Source: Candidatus Bipolaricaulia bacterium (GTDB lineage Bacteria; Bipolaricaulota; Bipolaricaulia; JBHIAT01). Taken from it: DNA of 12,179 nucleotides. Below the pieces are notes generated by a model, which worked only from the letters and a program-made list of their open reading frames with translations, was not told the origin of the DNA and did not search any database. Location: NCBI GenBank assembly GCA_046758705.1, contig JBHIAT010000113.1:1-12179 (forward strand). Direction: 5' to 3'. This document shows, one piece after another, positions 7,647 to 12,179 of this stretch. Position 1 is the first letter of the stretch, and each line of letters begins with the position of its first letter. The position numbers and the translations under genes were made by a program.

Positions 7647-8808
7647 GGTAGTCACCCCATTCAGTGCAGTTAACCTCTTGGCAGCACGATGAACTCGGCC
7701 AACTCCTTCACCGTCCACACGTGATCCGTTAATCCGGCTGCCATCGCTGGCGTCCGCTCCCTCCATCTCCGCCCCGCTTCCTCAACCTCGACCCGCAATG
7801 TCTTTACCGGTCGCGCAAAGTTGTAGACCAGATCCTCCCATGCACACGCCCATTCCAACATCTCCCGCTTCTTGGAAAACGACAGCGTCTTGCGTACCAG
7901 TCGCCCATTGCTCTGGCGACTGCTCAGCTGTGTCCGCTCCACCCCTGACGTGCTCACCCGCCCGCCTAACGCTGCCCGGGTCTGCTCTTCATCTCCGAAG
8001 ACGATCCGCTCAGTTATGGCCACCACTCGCCCGCCTTCCCTCTGCTTGACGACCTGCCCGTAGCACAGCTCGGTAGTGAGACGCTTCTTGCTCGGCGGCC
8101 GACCTCGCCCACCGTAAGGCGGCACCTCCCCAAAGACCTCCACCACCGCATCTGGGTAGGCTGGCAACTGGTCACTGGCCAGCGCGGGAGTCTCGACCAC
8201 CCGCTGAGCCACCTGTTCTAACAGTCGCTCTAGCAATGCCTGATCTCGCTTTCCCACCGTCCGGGCCACCCTCAGCTTGCTCTTGGGGTCGAAGGCGGTC
8301 GCTTTCCAGAACTGGCCGGTCTCGGGGGTCTCTAGGTACCCCCTTTTCCACCTTTGTTCTGGACGTAAGTCCACAACTCGTCCAGCTGCAATTGGGAGAC
8401 ATGAAAGTCCCGTACCAGATACGTCTCCACCTCTTGGGCGTGTTCGCCGGCCTTCTGCAGCCAGCCGGCTACCGTCTCTTCCTTGACCCCCTTGATCCGG
8501 GCCACCGCCGCCATACTGTTGCGTTCGGCTAACATCGCCAAAGCTTCGAGAAAGTCCTTTTGGGGTTTGCGCAGCCGGTAGAAGAGCGTGCCTTTGGTGG
8601 CCGAGAAGCCCCGGTGACAGCCCTTGCAGAGGTAGCGTTGGCGACCCCGTTTGTCTTTGCCGGCTTTGATGACCTGGGTGGAGGAACCGTAGTCGGGGCA
8701 GTCGGGATTGAGACAGGGACGTTTCTTGGGCTTGGATGTACGCATGAGAGATCACCGTATCCATCTTAACCTATCACACCTTTAACTGCACCCATCGGGG
8801 GGACTACC
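7647..8808 (-). mobile_element. IS1-family insertion sequence, 1162 bp
   Basis: 27-bp terminal IRs with 22/27 identity: GGTAGTCACCCCATTCAGTGCAGTTAA (7647-7673) and GGTAGTCCCCCCGATGGGTGCAGTTAA (reverse complement of 8782-8808). An 8-bp direct repeat TGCAGGTT flanks it at 7639-7646 and 8809-8816. It is GC-rich within AT-rich flanks. GGT ends and an 8-9-bp TSD are typical of the IS1 family. Confidence 0.92.
7670..8745 (-). CDS. IS1-family DDE transposase in two overlapping frames (-1 frameshift; fusion about 358 aa)
   Basis: OrfA (8745-8332) has a Zn finger CLNPDC...RQRYLCKGC, an HTH and LQLDELWTYV (first D). The -1 frame continues W.ATAFD..S.L...ASDQLPAY (second D)...TSGVERTQLSSRQ (E)...RLVRKTLSFSK...YNF.R...TPAMAAGLTDHVW. 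The junction contains GGAAAAGGGGG (8349-8339). The stop lies inside the IR. Confidence 0.85.
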
Positions 8809-9011
8809 TGCAGGTTCAAATCCTTGCTTTTTCAAAATCTTCAGAAAGTCATTTTCCTTCTCTAGCTTGATAACTAGGTCAAGATCAACTGAAAATCTTG
8901 GGAAGTCAAAAGAACTAGAAGCATACCCCCCTATGAGCACATAATCTTCTGATGGCAACTCTTTTATGGCTTCTAAACATGCTCTTTCTCTCTCCTCCAT
9001 TTCCACAGCTA

Positions 9012-9635
9012 TCACGTATTGACAAATTCTCTTTTCTTGTAGCCTATACTGTAAGCCTCATCCAAGTACTCCAACGCCGGCTGATAGACGCTCTCTCTCT
9101 CTAAACAAAAGTTCGCGACCTCGTCTAAAGGGATGACCTTGGTACCTTTCTTGTCTATCACTTCAAAGTCTTCATCAGGGTGCAAAATGTGAACAAATCC
9201 GAACAAAGTTTTGTTCTCATCGGGTAAAGCAGTTCTCATTCTCTGTTTATCGAAAAATTTCTTCCAGTAGGGTAAATCATCTTTCAAAACTTTGATGTGA
9301 ATAGGTTTGAAGCCCTTGGTAAAACCAGTCCAGTAATAGCCATCGGTCCAGACAGTCACTGCTGTGCTGTCGCAGTAGGCATATTTTCTTTCAGCTCTCT
9401 TTAATACCTCTCTATGCTCACTGCTTCTTTGGACAATGATTTCTATTAACTGATCGGGTTCGACAGCCCGATAGATGCCCCGATTTACTCTTTGCAAATA
9501 CCCTTGTTTGATCAAGTCATAAACGACTTTTGGCGCTTGTGAGGTGGGAAAGACAGATCGGAAATCGTCAATGCTAAAAGAGGTTCCATTAAAACTGTGT
9601 CTAATCCATGCATATAACTCGGTGTACTGATTCAT
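9012..9635 (-). CDS. wHTH-containing AbiEi-like protein (putative type IV antitoxin / autoregulator)
   Basis: The N-terminal FSIDDF...VVYDLIKQGYLQRVNRGIY resembles the L.R..RG.Y winged helix of AbiEi-type antitoxins. It is about 207 aa and overlaps the start of the NTase gene. Start ATG 9635 (alternative GTG 9644). AT-rich. Confidence 0.65.
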   Translation of the reverse strand: MNQYTELYAWIRHSFNGTSFSIDDFRSVFPTSQAPKVVYDLIKQGYLQRVNRGIYRAVEPDQLIEIIVQRSSEHREVLKRAERKYAYCDSTAVTVWTDGYYWTGFTKGFKPIHIKVLKDDLPYWKKFFDKQRMRTALPDENKTLFGFVHILHPDEDFEVIDKKGTKVIPLDEVANFCLERESVYQPALEYLDEAYSIGYKKREFVNT

Positions 9636-9680
9636 AATTACCACTATAGTAATTATAAGTTAAATCGTTTGTAACAGCAA
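9634..9680 (-). promoter_or_regulatory. Promoter and inverted-repeat operator of the AbiE-like pair
   Basis: Minus strand TTGCTG (9680-9675), N17, TATAAT (9657-9652). A perfect inverted repeat ATAATTAC-N7-GTAATTAT (9634-9656) overlaps the -10 and the start codon. Confidence 0.55.
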
Positions 9681-9709
9681 GCCTTTGTATTTTCACAAAA
9701 GAAAGGGGT

Positions 9710-10230
9710 AAAAAGAGACGCTACCGGATCGGGGACAACTATCTGAACTTTTGGTTTCGGTTCATCCTCCCGAACGTCAGCCTCATCGAATCGGGCCGGT
9801 CTAAGTTGGTCTATGATCGTTTCATTCATCCCTATCTGAACGATTATATGGGTCCGGTCTTCGAGGAGATCTGTCGTGAGTATGTTCATCACTTCTGGGA
9901 TGAGTGCCTTGAGACAGCGCCCCGACGGGTCGGAGCCCATTGGGCCCGAGACTTCGACATTGATGTCGTGACCGAGAATGTCGACGGTGGTCATCTCGTC
10001 GGTGAGTGCAAATGGACGAGTCGTCCGGTGGGCGAGCGGGTACTGGACAAGTTGATGGCCAATGCCCAGCAACTTCCGAGACGATTTCAACAGGATGTCC
10101 GTTACGTGATCTTTTCCCTAAGCGGGTTTACAGACAACCTTGTGAAACGGGCACAATCGTTGGAGGAACGGGTGTCCCTCATCACCGCAGCTGAGATGGT
10201 CGAGGGATGAGGATCAGACATAATCTCTCA
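9710..10230 (+). repeat. Direct repeat copy 2: 5'-truncated copy of the ATPase gene (DUF234/nuclease module only)
   Basis: Matches 6424-6944. The frame is open to TGA 10208-10210, but the ATPase and HTH parts are missing. The encoded C-terminus differs: DNLVKRAQSLEERVSLITAAEMVEG versus DNFVKRAQSEEERVSLIAIAEMVKG. Confidence 0.95.
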
Positions 10231-10256
10231 TCTTTAAGCGGAATCCAATTCTGAAT

Positions 10257-10286
10257 TTGACAGTAAGTTAAAATCATGGTTAAGAT
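10257..10286 (+). promoter_or_regulatory. Putative promoter of the ABC transporter operon
   Basis: TTGACA (10257-10262), N18, TAAGAT (10281-10286) in an AT-rich intergenic region. Confidence 0.4.
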
Positions 10287-10346
10287 CATGATGTGGTGGA
10301 GGTATTCCTAATTGATGACCCATCACAATTTACCATAGGAATCAAC

Positions 10347-11030
10347 ATGGAAACTTTGACTGAAACCTGGGAATACATTAACAGTCATTGGGACAGGCTC
10401 TTCGATCTCACCTGGCAGCATGTCAAGATCATCGCGGTGGCCAACAGTATTGCCGTCGTCTTAGGCGTCATCATCGGCATCTTCATCGCCGGCAAGGGGC
10501 GGGAACGGATCGCGGATATCGTCCTCTACCTTGCCGGCATCATGATGACCATCCCCAGCCTCGCGCTCTTCGGTCTGATGATTTACCTGCTCCCTAGAAT
10601 CGGCCTGCCGGGCATCGGTTTTACCCCGGCGGTCATCGCGTTGGTCCTGTACGGTCAGCTTCCCATCATCCGGAACACCTATACGGCGATCAGGAACGTC
10701 GATCCCGCGATGATCGAAGCGGGCCGAGGAATGGGCATGACCTCAGGACAGCTCCTTCGCCGGGTCAAGCTTCCGTTGGCGATGCCGATCATTATGGCCG
10801 GTCTGAGGACGGCGATCGTGATCAACATCGGAATTGCGGCCATCGCCGTCTTTATCGGGGCGGGAGGGCTGGGTGCACCGATATTCAACGGGATCGTGAG
10901 AACGCGGATGGATCTGATCCTCAGCGGAACCATCTTCGTATCGGTGTTGGCTCTAATCTTTGATGGTGGGATGGCGTTGGTGGAGCGGTGGATCACCCCC
11001 AAGGGATTGAAGCGGAGGCAGCAGTCATGA
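10347..11030 (+). CDS. Osmoprotectant (glycine betaine/choline/carnitine/proline-type) ABC transporter permease, OpuBB/CB-like
   Basis: TIPSLALFG, PAVIALVLY..LPIIRNTYT, EAA loop MIEAGRGMGMT..Q.L.RV.LPLA.P.IMAGLR and IGAGGLG..I. ATG 10347 preceded by AGGA is preferred over GTG 10293. Confidence 0.92.
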   Translation: METLTETWEYINSHWDRLFDLTWQHVKIIAVANSIAVVLGVIIGIFIAGKGRERIADIVLYLAGIMMTIPSLALFGLMIYLLPRIGLPGIGFTPAVIALVLYGQLPIIRNTYTAIRNVDPAMIEAGRGMGMTSGQLLRRVKLPLAMPIIMAGLRTAIVINIGIAAIAVFIGAGGLGAPIFNGIVRTRMDLILSGTIFVSVLALIFDGGMALVERWITPKGLKRRQQS

Positions 11031-12148
11031 TCAGATTGGAGCACGTCACCAAGATTTACGATGGTGGTACCGTGGCTGTCGATGATGTGAACTTCGAGAT
11101 CAACGAAGGGGAGCTCTGCATCCTCGTCGGCCCTTCCGGTTGCGGCAAGACCACCACGATGAAGATGATCAACCGACTGATCTCAATCACCGAGGGGAAG
11201 ATCTACATCGACGGTCAGGACAACACCCAGATCGACGTGAACGAGCTCCGGCGCAACATCGGCTACGTGATTCAGGAGATCGGCCTCTTTCCGCATATGA
11301 CCGTCCAAGAGAATATCGGGACGGTTCCGATGCTGAAACGCTGGTCCAAGTCCAAGATCAGAGAGCGGGCCGAAGAGCTGTTGGATCTGATGGGCATGGA
11401 TCCGGCCGAATTCCTGCAGAGCTATCCCAGCGAACTCTCCGGAGGCCAGCGCCAGCGGGTCGGCGTCGCCCGAGCGATGGCGATTGATCCACCGATTATG
11501 CTGATGGATGAACCGTTCGGGGCCATCGATCCGATTACCCGGGAACGGCTTCAAGATGAGTTCTTGAAGATCCAACAGGAGATCAGAAAGACGATCGTCT
11601 TCGTCACCCACGACATCAATGAGGCAATCAAGATGGGTGACAAGATCGCCCTGCTCAAGGACGGTAAGCTGATCCAGTACGATTCTCCCGCTGAGCTCCT
11701 TTCGCATCCGGCCAACGACTTCGTGAAGGGCTTCGTCGGAGTGGACCGAACGCTCAAGGGGTTGCGTTTGATGCGGGTCAAAGACGTGATGAGGCGATCC
11801 CCCGTCACTGTGAAAGTGAGCGAGGCGGCCGAAGTCATCCATGATCACATGAAGCAGGCAGGTGTCCGATATCTGCTCGTGGTTGAGGATGATAACAAGT
11901 TCTGCGGTTGGATCAATCTGTCGGACTTCGAATACCGGCAGGGAGATCGGGTGAAGGATGTGATGACACCCGCTATGGAGACGATCACTCCCAATACGAA
12001 TCTCAACGAAGCGCTCTCCCATATGCTCAGCAGTGAGGTCGGAAATATCGCCGTCGTTGATGACGATGGCCAATTGGTCGGAGTGCTGACCTTCAATGCA
12101 TTGCGAGAGGTTTTAGGGGAGACTTACACCGAAAAAGGAGGCGTCTAA
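11027..12148 (+). CDS. Osmoprotectant ABC transporter ATP-binding protein with C-terminal CBS pair, OpuBA/CA-like
   Basis: Walker A GPSGCGKTTT, LRRNIGYVIQEIGLFPHMT, signature LSGGQRQR, Walker B LMDEPFGAIDPITR, H-loop VTHD, and CBS-like VKDVM repeats. ATG 11027 overlaps the permease stop (ATGA). Confidence 0.94.
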   Translation: MIRLEHVTKIYDGGTVAVDDVNFEINEGELCILVGPSGCGKTTTMKMINRLISITEGKIYIDGQDNTQIDVNELRRNIGYVIQEIGLFPHMTVQENIGTVPMLKRWSKSKIRERAEELLDLMGMDPAEFLQSYPSELSGGQRQRVGVARAMAIDPPIMLMDEPFGAIDPITRERLQDEFLKIQQEIRKTIVFVTHDINEAIKMGDKIALLKDGKLIQYDSPAELLSHPANDFVKGFVGVDRTLKGLRLMRVKDVMRRSPVTVKVSEAAEVIHDHMKQAGVRYLLVVEDDNKFCGWINLSDFEYRQGDRVKDVMTPAMETITPNTNLNEALSHMLSSEVGNIAVVDDDGQLVGVLTFNALREVLGETYTEKGGV

Positions 12149-12179
12149 ATGCAGCAGGTGTTCGGACGGTCCCTGGTCG
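12149..12179 (+). CDS. Start of next gene, probably another ABC transporter component (truncated)
   Basis: ATG directly after the TAA of the previous gene, with AGGAGG at 12136-12141; only MQQVFGRSLV is visible. Confidence 0.5.
   Translation, partial: MQQVFGRSLV

Larger units (their letters stand above)
7126..9015 (-). pseudogene. AbiEii/MenT-like nucleotidyltransferase (putative type IV toxin) interrupted by an IS
   Basis: The N-terminal part (9015-8809) has YVLIGGYA...PRFSVDLDLV, a GG...R.S.D.D NTase motif. The C-terminal part (7646-7126) has LK...R..D.RD. Removing 7647-8808 and one target copy restores a single 720-bp ORF (239 aa) reading ...KQGFEPAEEKIKPVKDIYDGRFRRLETDHVKASVDLLV... The GTG start overlaps the upstream stop (GTGA). 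Confidence 0.85.

Noticed and set aside
7670-8764. 364-aa ORF as a single-frame transposase
   Set aside because: Its first ~135 residues are an off-frame shadow of OrfA, which holds the Zn finger, HTH and DELW motif. Only the part after about 8345 is transposase-like.
9653-10090. Duplicated antisense ORFs 6361-6804 and 9653-10090 (and the 62-aa ORFs 6720-6908 and 10006-10194)
   Set aside because: They are by-products of the DNA duplication, antisense or off-frame to the ATPase C-terminus.
6424-10230. Diversity-generating retroelement (TR/VR pair) as the explanation for the repeat with 3'-clustered mismatches
   Set aside because: The mismatches are not adenine-specific in either copy (T/C, C/G and G/T occur), the repeat is much longer than typical TR/VR, and no reverse transcriptase is in the window.
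11183-12073. 296-aa antisense ORF
   Set aside because: It is the usual mirror frame opposite a clear ABC ATPase gene and has no independent motifs.
1-12179. CRISPR array, tRNA/rRNA, integrase or att-tRNA site
   Set aside because: I saw no regularly spaced short repeats, no cloverleaf or rRNA-like sequence, and no tyrosine or serine recombinase motifs.

Overview
This is a GC-rich prokaryotic window, probably bacterial. The left arm carries a heterotetrameric sarcosine oxidase operon on the minus strand (soxB-soxD-soxA, with soxA running off the window) and a divergent nitrilase-superfamily hydrolase. The right arm carries an Opu/ProU-type osmoprotectant ABC transporter (permease, ATPase with CBS domains, start of a further gene). 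Between them lies a layered accessory region. It holds a collapsed, frameshifted SARP/TPR regulator pseudogene and an archaeal-type ATPase-wHTH-DUF234/PD-(D/E)XK gene with a palindromic operator. The last 521 bp of that gene, including 20 bp past the stop, recur 3286 bp downstream as a direct repeat. The repeats enclose a second cryptic TPR relic and an AT-rich AbiE-like (type IV toxin-antitoxin-like) gene pair. The nucleotidyltransferase of that pair is cleanly split by a 1162-bp IS1-family element with 27-bp IRs, an 8-bp target duplication and a -1 frameshifted transposase. The best candidate for an undescribed system is this integrase-less, repeat-bounded cassette attached to the 3' domain of the ATPase-nuclease gene. 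All family assignments come from motif recognition by eye, not from database searches.
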